A stretch of DNA of 64,000 bases from Dimorphilus gyrociliatus (taxonomy: Eukaryota; Animalia; Annelida): positions 248,001 to 312,000 of the forward strand of contig CAJFCJ010000011.1 in assembly GCA_904063045.1 (NCBI GenBank), read 5' to 3'. Each line of letters opens with the position of its first letter. The first letter of the stretch is position 1. Below, piece after piece: positions 39,361 through 52,312 of this stretch. Both the position numbers and the translations under genes were made by a program. The notes beneath the pieces are model-generated. The model did not search any database. It saw only the letters and a list, made by a program, of their open reading frames with translations, and was not told the origin of the DNA.

Positions 39361-39845
39361 GTGAAATAAAGAATGCTTGTGATATACATAAATCCAACTT
39401 TGTTGAAATTTATAATAATTTAATTAAAATTTTTGTTTCTTTTTCAATATTTATAATAAACATTAACAAACGTTTAATAAAATTATTTTTTTTTATGTTA
39501 ATTGGGTTTTCATAAAAAAAAAGCACTAAAATATATCAGGTTGAACTTTATCTACATCTTATTCCACTTAATCCTTATATATATAGGCTGAATTAGTTAA
39601 AAATATAACATGTTGAGTTATGTCTAGTTCTGTCGGGATGTAATAGTGACGTTATATGAACTTGTGCTTCAACGAAAAGAGTGACTCATTCTTTTGACAA
39701 CTTAATTAGATCATATCAACAGGTTACGTGCTCCGTAGCTTTGTACAGCGCGCCAAAACAGTTGTTATTCCTTAATTGGCAAATAACCATATTAGAACCG
39801 TGTAAGTGACAAATTCATTTAAGTAACTTAACAATCAGATTGAAT

Positions 39846-41634
39846 ATGCAACCGAAAACTTTACTGGAAATCTCTTCTCATTATTTTTTGGAAAATGTAG
39901 ATCATGTTCCGTTCTGGTTGGCTCTTACACCGAAAAAAGGTCTTCTTTACATATTTTCAAGCGATAAGTTCTCCGACCCAAAACCTTGCCATCTCCTAAT
40001 TTCAAAAATTGTCATTTCTGACGATTCTACTAGTGAAATTGCTTCTCAGAATGTGATTCCCTCTTCATCCGACCAAATTTCAATCTGGAGTTTGGAATGT
40101 TTAAGGTGTTTTAGGAGAGAAATTTGTTGGCCGTTAGCAGAGCGAATCATCGAGAAAAATTGGATATATTTGGTGTACAGTTTCAAGCAGAATGTAATCA
40201 AGAAGAATTTATTAATTCCTACTTTGGCTTACACTCTGGCGCTTCGAAAGCCGCGGTCATTTTACTACTTATATAGTAAAATTGTTGATAGGCTACAACG
40301 AAACACGTTTTCGAAAATATTCTCCCAAGTACTACTTTCCAATATGGACGATAAACTTGATTTGTTAGAGAAATTGATTAAGGTTGGAGATAAATTAAAG
40401 GAAAATTATAAAGATATGGAAATGGATTTAGTTAAGGCCTGTACCGTTAAAGGTGTAAAATTTGAGGACTTCCAAAGTGTTATGCTTATGAATCCTATTA
40501 CAAGAAATTTATCGCTTTGTTCCAATAGAATTATCCTTCATAGCTTCATGCAGGGTAACAATGAAATATTCTTATTTATGGCATCAAAATATCCAGAGAC
40601 TTTGGACTTGTTTGAAAGACCGGGTCATCACGTTCCATTCCTGCTCGGTACTTCTCCGGAAATTGCTGAATTCCTATGCTTAAATTCGATGAAAATGATT
40701 AATATGTTACATAGTTGGCTGTCTAGTCTCGAACATTCTGATTTCATTTCGGTTCAGAATATACTAAAGATGGATATTACAAATTTTTATCGAGTAAAGC
40801 CTATGATTGACTATTTTTCAAAGACCAAAGTCTTACAGCTATTTTACAATGTTTGGCATCGTAATCTAGAGAATCAATTACAGAAGAGAGGAAGAAATTT
40901 CTATCTCCCTTGCCTATTTGCAATTGTGAGATGTTTGGACGAGTATAATATGTCTGTACAAGATATCGGTAATAAATTCTGTGATCTATTTTTGCAACAA
41001 GAATCAGCAATGGGTGATATGGATTTCTGGTATCAAGATCTATGTCATTTTGCAGAGAAAGTAATATTCATACTTGTTAAGTATGGTTTTACGTTTTGCG
41101 GGAAGTTTCCCCCAATTAATGACCTATTTACACGTAATAATGTTTTTATTCATGAAATCGCTCAGTTCCTTAAACTTTTCTTTCTTTTCAGCGAGTAATT
41201 TACTAACTACTCTTCAAATTTTATATTTTACATCAAGCAACGAGCTGACAATTTCTACTCACTTCTTGCATAAGACTATTATGTCTGACGAACCGAGATC
41301 GCTCGTTAATCTCTCTGCAGTTGTTATTCGAAAGCATAAGACGAGAAGTATGAAAGAGCTACTCAAGAGGTTGGCTCTGCCTAAAGAGATAAATCGACAA
41401 ATTACAATGAAAGAACAATTGAAAAAGTTCAATACGGAGAATGAGAGAAAAGCGATAAGAGATGTAATGACAGGAATATTTATGGGTAGAACACACCAAA
41501 ATTGTTCCGATTTGAAAAGAGAGAACAACTACCTTTTACAAAACTTATTACAATCGCCAAGATGGGAAGGTTCCGAGGAAAATTCACCGGATATTTTACA
41601 AGAATACGAGGTGGACGATCACTTTGATTATTGA
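39846..41634 (+). CDS. Tandem family paralog A: N-terminal BC-box-like motif, helical core, C-terminal SOCS box; 2 exons
   Basis: QPKTLLEISSHYFL; CLRCFRREICWP; phase-1 intron near 41133-41191; EPRSLVNLSAVVIRK..LKRLALPKEINRQI. Confidence 0.8.
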
Positions 41635-42739
41635 TACGTATAATATAGAAGTTTAACATTCATAAGTAATTATTAATAATTATTGTAGGATTATCATTTA
41701 TTAAAAAAAAAAACAAAAAAAAAAGATTACTAGTAGTTTATTAATTTTTGTTTATGACTTTATTTTGTTTAGTGCTAATTTTGTATTGAAATATTTATGT
41801 TAAGTAAATTTTTCAAACGATGGCCATATTTTTTAAATAACGTTTTTTTTTTTCATTTTTCATGTCAAATTAGTATAGGAATTTTTCACTTTAAATAAAA
41901 TAAAGAATATTAAAGATATAAACAATGATTTGTTTTTTTTTTTTTTAAAAAAAGTAAAAAATTAAGAGAAATATTCATTTTTGAAAAATTAATGTAAAAA
42001 GTTTCTTTAATTTTCTATCGAGTTTCTTTGTCCTTTTCTTTTTTTAAATTTCATTTTATATTTTTATGTTGATAGGTTAGGATGTTAGCTTAAGGCACAA
42101 GTCGTGCTCCACAAATTATAAATATAGTTCGACCTTTAGAATATTATTTGACCCAGATTGTAGGCCGATGCTCTACAAAACAATCAACAAAGCTGATTGG
42201 TTTGAATATAACTTCCGGTTGATGGAATTGAGCAATGGCCGATAGACTCTAATTTTTAAAGTTAAAGGGATAATGTAACATAATAAAATTCTATTTAAAG
42301 TAGTATTCATTAATTTAATAAATTTTTTATTGATAAATAAGTTAATTGAATGAAAAAAATATCTATGATCATTACTCATAAGTCGAATGGTAGCAGCCAT
42401 TTTCCCTCTAGGTAGCACCACGTGGCTGTGTAAAAACTTGTCATTACTCGTCTTCAACTCTGTCAACCGTTGCCCAAGCTGGAACCAAGTTCCAATATTA
42501 GGGTAGTTTTTCTATTATCTTTTACTTTCAATGTATAAAATCTATTCAAGTAAGTATTTATAAAAGAATATTAACGTTTTAATAAATAGTACTCTGTTGA
42601 AAATTTTTGAAATATACAGGGGAAACTTGATAAAAAAAAAACGCCCTGCCAAAAGCAACCCGTTAACCATATACAGTATATTCACCGATGTGCCTTGGGT
42701 TTTATAGACCAAATAACTGAATATTAAAAAAAAAACGAT

Positions 42740-44637
42740 ATGCATTCTCCATTAAGTTTATTCGAATTATCGGCTAGTCGCTATTTGAAGTCTACCCAGT
42801 CTATTCCACTATCTATCGCTATTAGACCAAAAATAGGCCTTTTCCATTTATTCAGCGGAGACAAAGTGAAAGAGAGAAAATTTTTTGCCGAGCTTATTAA
42901 ACGGTCCACAGCAAGTCAATTAGCATTGGATGGACCTTTCAAATGGCGTGGCAGGAACTTTTCGCAAGATCATATTGGTTTTTTCAGACACGGAAAATGT
43001 TTAAAATGTTTTAGAATAAAAGTATGTTGGCCCATTGTCAGACGTCTAATAGATAAGGATTGGATCCATTTATTAAGGGAGTTTCAGTATTTAATTACTG
43101 ATCAAGACCTTATGGTCCCTTCATTGCTTTACGCCCTTGTTTGCAAAAAGTATAGTACATTTTTTTGCATTTATCGAGGGGTTGGAATATCGATTAGGTC
43201 GGAAAAGAATACATTGAATAAAGTTATTTCAAGTGTTATGAGATTGAAAAGACGCGATAAATTTACTCTGTTGACAAATTTATTTGAACTCTATAAAGAG
43301 ATGGTTCAAAGGGGAGATGAATTTAGTTGTTCAAATGTACTAAAAGCTTGTTCAGTTCGCGAAGTTCCCTTAAGCGATATATTACAATTGCCATTTTTGA
43401 GACACTACCTCGAAAGATTCCCAGAGAAAATGGCTCTTATTGCAATTGAGAATGGAAATTTCGAGTTTTTTTTTCATATTATTAGCAATCGACCCGAAGT
43501 AGAAGTATTACTAACTCAATCAAGAATATTAAAGTACTTTATAGCATCATCAGAAGATATAATTGAGTATATATATGAAACTAATCCAAGCATATTATCA
43601 ACATTAGAAAATTATATTAGAGACCGATTGGCAATACCTTCAAAATCCTATAGGTCTCTATTGGAGAAAGATTTACGAAATATATATAGATTAGAGATAT
43701 TTGCTAATTATTTCTCTAGAACAGATACACTTTATAAACTTGCTAGCATGTGGTTCTTGAATATGAAAAGACAATTAAAAACATTAAGGACGTTTTTTCT
43801 ATTTCCAACACTATTTACCATTTTGAAAAGTCTCGATAAATTTCGATTACCGGTTAAACCTATTGGAGATAAAATATGTTTATGGTTCTTCAAAAAGTTA
43901 GAATCGAACGAATCGACAAGGGAAATTGTTTATATTATTAATCAAGTTTTACCTATGTTAATTGAATTTGGCTATAGTTATAAAGGATTTTTACCGCAAA
44001 ACTTTGAAAGTAATATTTTAATTAATAATTTAACAATACGCAAAAAAAAACTTGTTTATTTTTTTTCTTAGATTGCACCTTTCCCGATACAATGGCGGTT
44101 TTCTATTATTTATCTGATTGTACTGTAAGATTTTCACCATCTTTTTTAAATCATATCAACTTAAGTGGACAGCCGCGATCTCTGATAACATTGAGCGTTG
44201 CCGCTATTAGAGGTATAAATAGGGGACGCTGGAGGGACTATGTTAAAGGGTTGACCGAGTCTCAAGTGCTTAGAGATCAAATTTTGATGGAAGATTTACC
44301 AGGTATCATATCGCCAACAAGAAGAATTGACTTGAAAGAATTCGAGGAAATTCATATGGAAAATATAACAATTTGTCAAAATGTACTTGGTGAAGCTGTC
44401 CTTGGCGATGAGCATAAGCATTGTATTAACGAAGAGATGTGTGGCCGAGACTATGAATTTCTTGTTGAATACATAAACGAGGACAGAGACTATTATGAAG
44501 AATATCCCTTTTTCGATCAATCCAACAGCTCTGATTCGGAAAGCTCTGATTCAGAGCTCGATAATCGTATAAATAGTTTGTTAAATTTTTATTTAAGTCA
44601 GGACGAATTTTGCCGTACCGAGAATATTCTCACATAA
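42740..44637 (+). CDS. Tandem family paralog B (BC-box-like N-terminus, SOCS-box-like C-terminus); 2 exons
   Basis: SPLSLFELSASRYL; CLKCFRIKVCWP; phase-1 intron near 44010-44071; QPRSLITLSVAAIRG; acidic tail. Confidence 0.8.
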
Positions 44638-45458
44638 AACAATTATGAATTTATTTTGCGTATTTACGTTTTATTTTGAAATTTACAAGAATGAATTAAT
44701 CCTTAAATTAATTACGTCTATTTTTGAATAATTCGTAAATTAATTAGAAAAATATAAAAATCTTAATAACTTATTTGTTGGTAAAAGAATACTGATTATA
44801 AGCAAGATGATTACTATTAATCTATTAATACAATAAGTATTGTATGAGTTAGTTTGTATTTTAGGTGGGAACGATACAACTGTCGTGTAATCTTTAACAT
44901 AATTAATTCACTCGTCTAGGTAGACAACTTGTAAAAATTATTACCAAGTTTTCTCTGAGGTCGTCAACTGTGATCGTTTCATACTGCATTCCTTAAAAAA
45001 CTCTATCAGCTTAATCTGCAGTCGGTTAATTAATCTCAAGATCCTCCTAAGGCTACTCTAAGCTATTATTTTAGCAATTGCTTTTATTTTTAAACGTAAA
45101 TTTACTAGTTCCTCTCGAACAACTGCGTTTACTAGCTGCCTCGCTGAATTTCTGTTACCATCCTAAATGATTTACCAGTTTTCTACGACTTGAATACGTA
45201 AGTATTTTCAAAAAAAAAAATGGGTTCGGAAGGAAGGTTTTTTTTATTATTAATGGTTATTGTCTTATTTCGCTTATTAATGGAAAAGTACTCTTAACTC
45301 TTCTTAATATTATTAATATGTTTATTTGTTAGAACCTCATCGATTTGCGAAGTAGAGCTAATATAAAGCTTAGAAAACTGCATTTATAATTATGCTACTA
45401 ATATATCTTTAACCGTCAGTATTGCTTCTATTTTATTTCTTACAGGTAATAATTCGAA

Positions 45459-47533
45459 ATGGCGTTCAACGAAGCAAATAAACCAATCATTTCAACACCG
45501 ATGACTCTACTGGAGTTGGCAACAGAAAGTTTTCTTCAGTCGTGCAACACTATAGCCTTCCCTCTTCTTTTACGGCCGAAAAATGGTTTATTAACGATAC
45601 TAACTGCTAAAAAGTTTAAAGAGCCAAGAAACTTTTGCAGAGCTTTGGCTAAAGCTCCGTCTCAGACTCATTTTAGAGAAGGACCAATAAGATGGAGCGG
45701 AAAAAGTTGTACTAGCTACGACGCTTCTTATCTTCGTAAACACTGCAAATGCCTAAAATGTTATAGAACGAAAATCTATTGGCCAATAATCAAACGATTA
45801 ATTGACAGAGGATGGCCGGATATGATTTGTTTTTTCAACTCTAGAATTTCTGATCAAAAATTACTTTTACCTTCTTTAGTTTATTGTTTAATTTCAAAAA
45901 ATTGGTATTGTTTTTATCAACTATTTAAGACTTATTGTTATGCTAGGAAAACACGAAGTAACAGTCTTACTGAATTATTCAGTCTTATTTTGAGAATGAA
46001 GAAAGATTATAAATTTGAGATGATTGACGACCTTTTGGAATTAGTTGATGAGCTGCAACACAATTACGATGGTATAAGATTTAGCATTATTAGAGCTTTG
46101 ACAGAACGTGATATTGCGTTAGATGATTTTATACGTGTTCCATCGATGTTTAGCAGTTTTCTCAACATCATTCCCAGCCTCAAAACTACGGCTATAAGTA
46201 GTTTTAAGAGAGGTAATTCGCAAATATTCTTCTACGCTTTAAAATCTCGTCCAAAATTGATTAAACTATTTTATAAAACAAAAAATCTCAAGTATTTTAT
46301 TGAAACATCTCCGGAAATTATAGAATTCTTTATCAATATTCATCCTGATCTTCTTACAAGACTTGACGATTGGTTATGCGGATTTAATCGTATTAAATAT
46401 AAAACTTCAATTCTGGAGAAAGACTTACGAAATCTGTATAAAGTTCAAATTTTTAAAGAGTTCTTTTCAAGAAGAGATACGACTTATAAACTATTTGATA
46501 TTTGGTTTAAAAATATGCAATCTATGCATTCAAAGAGAATGACTTCCGACTATTATTATCCTACTTTATACACTATTATTAAATGTATGGACCAATATGG
46601 TTTATCGGTAGAAGAGCCTGGTAATAGATTTTGTATTTGGTTCTTTGAACAAATAACGGAAACTAAAAGTACAATATTTTCATGGAGTAACGCTTATAAT
46701 GTAGCTGATAAGGTTTTACACATTTTTATTGAACATGGTTATGTTTTTACCGGTAATCTACCTACGAAAATTCACAGTACGCATAGTAAGTTGGTTGTAC
46801 TAATTTATCTATATTGTAAGCGTTAACCGATTAATATTATGAACCAATCCTCAATCTTTTAACAGGTTATGGCTTTCCAGAAGTACGAAAGATTTTCTAC
46901 TATTTGGCTAGCAATTCTGTGCCTTTTCCGCCTAGTTTTCTAAGTCAAATTCAAATGGTTGGTAAGCCAAGATCACTTACTAATTTGTGCGTAGCAGTGA
47001 TAAGACAATCGATTTCTGGTCCAATACGGAAAAAGGTAAATACACTTCCAGTTCCGGATGTTGTAAAGCGTCAAATGTTATTGGAGGACCATGATGATTG
47101 GATTTCCTTATTTAAAAGACTCGATCCTTTGGAATACCACGACAAACATCTTAGCGATAAAGAATTGTGCGACAGTTTCTTAGATAGCCAAGAAGTTGAC
47201 GACGATCATAAGAATTGCATCGACGTAACACTGAAAGATTACGAGGACAATTTCATCTTTCAGTATATGTACGAAGAAGGACCAAAATTTATTCCATTTA
47301 TCTTCTTTCAATTTGGAGGACAGGTAAACGGAGAGCAAATTAGAGGAGCTCAAATAAGCGAAAGCGAAGATGAAATAAATGATAGATTTCAACAAACATA
47401 TAATTCAGCAGGTGATGACGATGATGACGATGATGATGTTGATGATGACAATATCGATAATCAAGCTGGAAAATTTCAGGAAATAGAAGACAAAATGGAA
47501 GAAGATAACAACGAAAACGGTACAAGATTTTAA
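45459..47533 (+). CDS. Tandem family paralog C (BC-box-like N-terminus, canonical SOCS box, poly-Asp tail); 2 exons
   Basis: TPMTLLELATESFL; CKCLKCYRTKIYWP; phase-1 intron GTAAGT near 46786 to AG 46865; KPRSLTNLCVAVIRQSI..VNTLPVPDVVKRQMLL. Confidence 0.82.
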
Positions 47534-48545
47534 CGTAGATTTAAATATTTTAAAAGAGGAGAAAATTAAAATCTTATTATTCTTATTGACAAACATGTTA
47601 TTAAATATTTAATCAACTACAGAAATAGAACTTTAACAAACGTACTGAGATTATAGAGACAAGGTTAATTATTATTGCCAGCATAGTAAGAATGTGATAT
47701 AAATTGAATGATGATATGTATATAGTCCTATTCTCTTGTAATGATATACATGCAATTTACCTTTAATTATACTTTTTTCAGTTTTTATACATTTTTAACA
47801 GAATACAAAAGTCACTGCAAACATTCAAACATTCCATTGTTGTTATTTTTCTATAAATAGTTATAAGAGAAGAATGAGAAGAAGAAGAAGAAGAAGAGTA
47901 GATAAATAATAAAAAAGAGGTTAATTTATCAGTGTATTTTTAGAACAAATGATTTAAATTGTTTTGATTGATGTAAGTGTATTAGTGTGACTGTTTGACC
48001 AATAATAATAGTGAGGATTTTCTCTTTCTCCCATCACTCTGACACACACACTCTCTCTCTATCTATCTATCTCTTTCTCTTTAAAAAGAATAAAAATTAA
48101 TCTAAGTATAATTTTTAATATATTTATATAAATTTATATTATTTAAATATTCATAATTTCAATAATTTAAGATTCTAATTAAAATAGAGCGATAATGCGG
48201 TACTTGTAAAAAAAAAAACTAACTTTTTTTTTGTTAGCCATCGCTCATTATCACTCAAATATTACATTTGTCTACTTTTTATTGTTCTTGTTGGTTAGTA
48301 TAGATAAGTTAGAGTTGTTGTTTTTTTTTTCCTACTAAATGATCAAATTGATTGTTTTAATATAATATAGACTTTATTATAGATTAGTGATAATATTTAA
48401 ATAATACTTAGACATTATAAAAAAAGGTTTATTATTTATTAAAAAAAGAATGAATATTTCTTATAGATTTAATTGGTTGAGCGGAAATTATATTGAATTT
48501 GTTTAATCGGTTAATCTTTTTGAAAATTGGATATTGAAAGGTAAA

Positions 48546-50355
48546 ATGCCACAACCAATTAGTTTGTTAGAACAATCGGCTCAATGCTATTTGGATAATG
48601 CTAAAAGTATTCCATTTTGGTTGGCTCTCAAACCTAAAACTGGTTTACTATATATTTTTATGGATAAGAAATTCAAGGATTTAATTTATTGTTACGAAGC
48701 TATTTGGAAGTTGACACCACCGGAGGATAGTTGGGAGGAAATATCAACGCAGATGATTGGCGAGAATGATCATCCGTGGGATTATTTAGGCTGTTCTAGA
48801 TGTTTTAGGTTAAAGATTTGTTGGCCAATAACGAAGCGATTAATTGACAGAAATTGGATATTTCTCATAAATACGTTTACAGAACGAGTGACCAGGCAAA
48901 ATCTTTTAATTCCTTCGTTCGTTTACGCCCTAATGGAAAGGAAACATTGGTCTTTCTATTATATTTTCAAAAGGATAACTAATGAACAATCGGAGAATAC
49001 TTTAACCCAAGTTTTCACTCAAATACTAAACTCAAACCTAAAAGATAAATTCGAATTATTACACGAACTATTAAACGTTGAAGATAAACTACAAATTCAT
49101 AATAAAGGCTTAGAATTGGATATAATGAAAGCTTGTACAGAGCGCGATGTACGATTAGAAGATTTCAAAAGTGTCTTATCTCTAGGAGATTGTATAAGCG
49201 ACTCAACTTCTCATATTATTAGAATAGCTTTGAGTAGTTTCAGGCAAAGAAACGCTGAAATTTTTATATATATTTTGAATAAGCATCCAGAGATAATTCA
49301 AATATTCTTTGAAATTGAACAAGTTGAATTCCTTTTAAGTACAGCTTCAGAAATTATTGAATATCTACTGGATAAAAATCCAAATATAATTGCAGTTTTG
49401 GATTATTGGCTATCAAATGAAATAAAGAAATATGAATATGGTAATTACAATAATACAAACATATTAAAGAGAGATTTAAGGAATTTGTATAAAGTTCAAG
49501 TTTTAATCAGTTATTTTTCAAATAAGACTACTATATACGAATTATATGATATTTGGTTTGATAATGTTAGGAGGCAATTCGCAAAAACAAAGAGTAAAGG
49601 ATATTTCCTACCCTGTTTAGTTACTATAGTTAAATGTTTAGATAAATACGGTCTATCAATGGAAGAGCCTGGAAATAGATTCTGTTATTGGATTTTCAAG
49701 CAAAAATCTTCAATTGATAATATCGATTTTTGGCATTTAGATATCTGTTGTATAACTGAAAGAGTTTTATATACATTCCTTAAATATGGATATACATTTA
49801 CTGGAGATTTATCTATCTATTTCGAAGAGTTTTCATGTAATTTATCATTGTTTTTTTTTTTTTTTTGTTAAGAATATCTCTTATTGTTTTCTCTTCTTCC
49901 CTTTAGCCGGAGTTTTATTAAAAACTCTCTCAATATTCTATTACGCTTCGAGTAATACTATTCCTTTACCTGTGGATTTTTTGAAGGAAACTCTATCGAT
50001 TGTACAACCAAGATCGTTGATAAATTTAAGTGCTGTTGCGGTAAGGAGATTGAAATGTCAATCAATGAAAAAGTTTGTTAATTCTTTAAATCTTCCATCA
50101 AAAATAAATAATCAAATTCTACTTAAAGAACATTTAACGTTGTTCGACATAACTAGAAGGATAAATTTTGGAATATTTAATGAGAATTTTTCAAATGACC
50201 TAGAAACTATTAATAATCTCTTAAATGAAAGAGTTTTTGACGATAAGCACAATCATCACGATTCGTTCAACGGTAATGTATCTTCCGAATGCGATCTTTA
50301 TTATTCAAGCGACGAAGAGCAAACAAGACAATTCGAAAGTGAGGATGAAAATTGA
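48546..50355 (+). CDS. Tandem family paralog D (BC-box-like N-terminus, SOCS box); 2 exons
   Basis: QPISLLEQSAQCYL; CSRCFRLKICWP; phase-1 intron near 49838-49906; QPRSLINLSAVAVRRL..VNSLNLPSKINNQILL. Confidence 0.8.
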
Positions 50356-50673
50356 ATAGAATTTTTGTCAAATTGTACCAATTATTTAATAATTTTTTTC
50401 AAATAGTTTAAATCTTATAAATAAACTTCATTTTTAATATAAAATGTAGTTTTTTCAATAATTATGTTAACAAAAAGAATAGCGAACTAATCAAGTCAGA
50501 AACTGTGTCAAATTTATACTTGTATTGAAAAAAATTTATTATATTATAACTCAATGTCAAAACATCATATTTCCAATTGAACTATAAGAGGATATAAGCA
50601 ATTGTTGTCATGTTGAGTTGATGTTAAACTTACCTTCAAGAAGTATCGTTGTCATTCGATTACTGCCTTCGAA

Positions 50674-51867
50674 ATGTTTCTAAATGGAATGTCAGAGCAT
50701 CATAGACTGCTCTTCCTGGAGCAAGAAGTTAAAAAGATGAGACAACTTTCAGAGCGTTACAGATGTGAAGAGATGATTTCAAAGAAAAGGCTGGAAAAAC
50801 ATTTAAGAAGCATACGTAAATATTTTATTGGTTTCGAGCTAAAGATAAGGAAAGAATTGAACCTTACGTATCTTATGCAGACGAAAAGGATAGCCGAATA
50901 CACAACGTACATTCAAAGGCTATTAAAAACTCATCGTAGTCTCTATCCTGAAGAGAGATTCGAGATTGAACAGAGAATGATGCATATGAGACAGTCAATT
51001 AACGCAACAACTATATCGGTAAATTTGGTGGATCGTCACTTTGAAGCTCCCGCTTATCTTAATATTACAGAAAGGTATCAACCTTATTACAAGATTAAGC
51101 AGACAATGTTTCTTGGGGCTAATGATTTGAACAGTATTTCCGGTGTTCTTAGAATGGATGATAAATTACTATTGACAAAGGTATATGATAAAGAAACTAT
51201 TTTAGACGCTTACTCCCTGGATGGTGGCTACTTGAAAGAATTTTGGAAGGGACCCGTTCAAATAACTTCTATTATAACCGATTATAGGCAGTTTTACGTT
51301 TACGCTGCTTTCTATTGTAAAAACTTAATCTGTAGAGCCATTGTTCATGGTAATAGCTACCATTTTTATCCTTGGGTAATGATTACTAAACCACAAGAGG
51401 TGCTTAATTGCGGAGTTGACGATCTACTCTGTTGGTATAACAAAAATGTAATATGTAGATTAAACGTAAATGGAGAGAAACTATGGAGTTTGAAAGTTGA
51501 TGGTCTTAAAGGTATCTGCTCGTTCAACCTGCCAAGAATTCATTTGTTTTATACGTATCATCATAAGAGTATCGTTTTAAGAGATGCTAATAAGAAGGGT
51601 AGAAGGATATTTCGCCGTAGATTTCAAGGTTCAAAAACTTTTACCGGAATGACTGCAAGTACATTTGGTTTAATGATTTCTGAACCAAAGAAGGCGGAGA
51701 TTCAGATAATGGATCCGGAGACGTTACAATTGGTAGCGAAATTACCAACAACAGATAGACCTTGTAAATTACATTCATATTGCGATGGTTTCCAATTTGT
51801 TATCTACGCAATACTATACGACCATGAAAGAAACCTTAAAAAGCTATCGATATTACATTACGAATAG
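50674..51867 (+). CDS. Intronless coiled-coil + degenerate NHL-like beta-propeller protein (TRIM-like, no RING)
   Basis: 397-aa ORF with a helical N-third. It shares YSLDG.YL and ICS..LP motifs with the RING gene at 56024. Confidence 0.6.
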   Translation: MFLNGMSEHHRLLFLEQEVKKMRQLSERYRCEEMISKKRLEKHLRSIRKYFIGFELKIRKELNLTYLMQTKRIAEYTTYIQRLLKTHRSLYPEERFEIEQRMMHMRQSINATTISVNLVDRHFEAPAYLNITERYQPYYKIKQTMFLGANDLNSISGVLRMDDKLLLTKVYDKETILDAYSLDGGYLKEFWKGPVQITSIITDYRQFYVYAAFYCKNLICRAIVHGNSYHFYPWVMITKPQEVLNCGVDDLLCWYNKNVICRLNVNGEKLWSLKVDGLKGICSFNLPRIHLFYTYHHKSIVLRDANKKGRRIFRRRFQGSKTFTGMTASTFGLMISEPKKAEIQIMDPETLQLVAKLPTTDRPCKLHSYCDGFQFVIYAILYDHERNLKKLSILHYE

Positions 51868-52224
51868 TCTATTATCAACAATCAAAAGACTAAACTATTA
51901 TCTAGATTAATAAGATATAACGTCACTTTCGACCTATATAACATTCTATTATTATTGTTATTATTATTAAAACGCTTATAGTTCAATTGAAGGGTAATCT
52001 TGTTCGTTTTCAATATGGTTGTGGGTTGTTATCTAATTGTTTTTATTCGCAGCGGTGTTGGCATAATATAGACAAATCGTGCTTGCAAATAAATGAATTC
52101 GTGTTAAATGTAATCACTATAGGATAGAAATTAATAATTGACTATATTGGTTTGCTGCGTTTGCGTGTGTGCGCGCGTGTACGTGTTTTTTTTTATAGGG
52201 ATTAGTATCGATTATCCTTATCAG

Positions 52225-52298
52225 GGCCCGTTAGCTCAGTTGGTTAGAGCGCCGTGCTGATAACGCGGAGGTCGTGGGTTCGACCCCCATGCGGGCCA
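52225..52298 (+). tRNA. tRNA-Ile(GAT): tRNA-Ile with anticodon GAT
   Basis: Full 74-nt cloverleaf: acceptor GGCCCGT/GCGGGCC, D stem GCTC/GAGC, anticodon stem CCGTG/CGCGG with loop CT-GAT-AA (anticodon 52259-52261), T arm GTGGG-TTCGACC-CCCAT, discriminator A. A and B boxes are intact. Confidence 0.95.
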
Positions 52299-52307
52299 GG
52301 TTTGTAC

Positions 52308-52312
52308 TTTTT
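52308..52312 (+). terminator. RNA polymerase III terminator (T5) after the tRNA
   Basis: TTTTT run about 10 nt downstream of the discriminator base. Confidence 0.7.

Noticed and set aside
42173-42466. 97-aa minus-strand ORF between paralogs A and B
   Set aside because: No domain signal; it overlaps promoter-like motifs (CCAAT, ETS, YY1-like) of paralog B.
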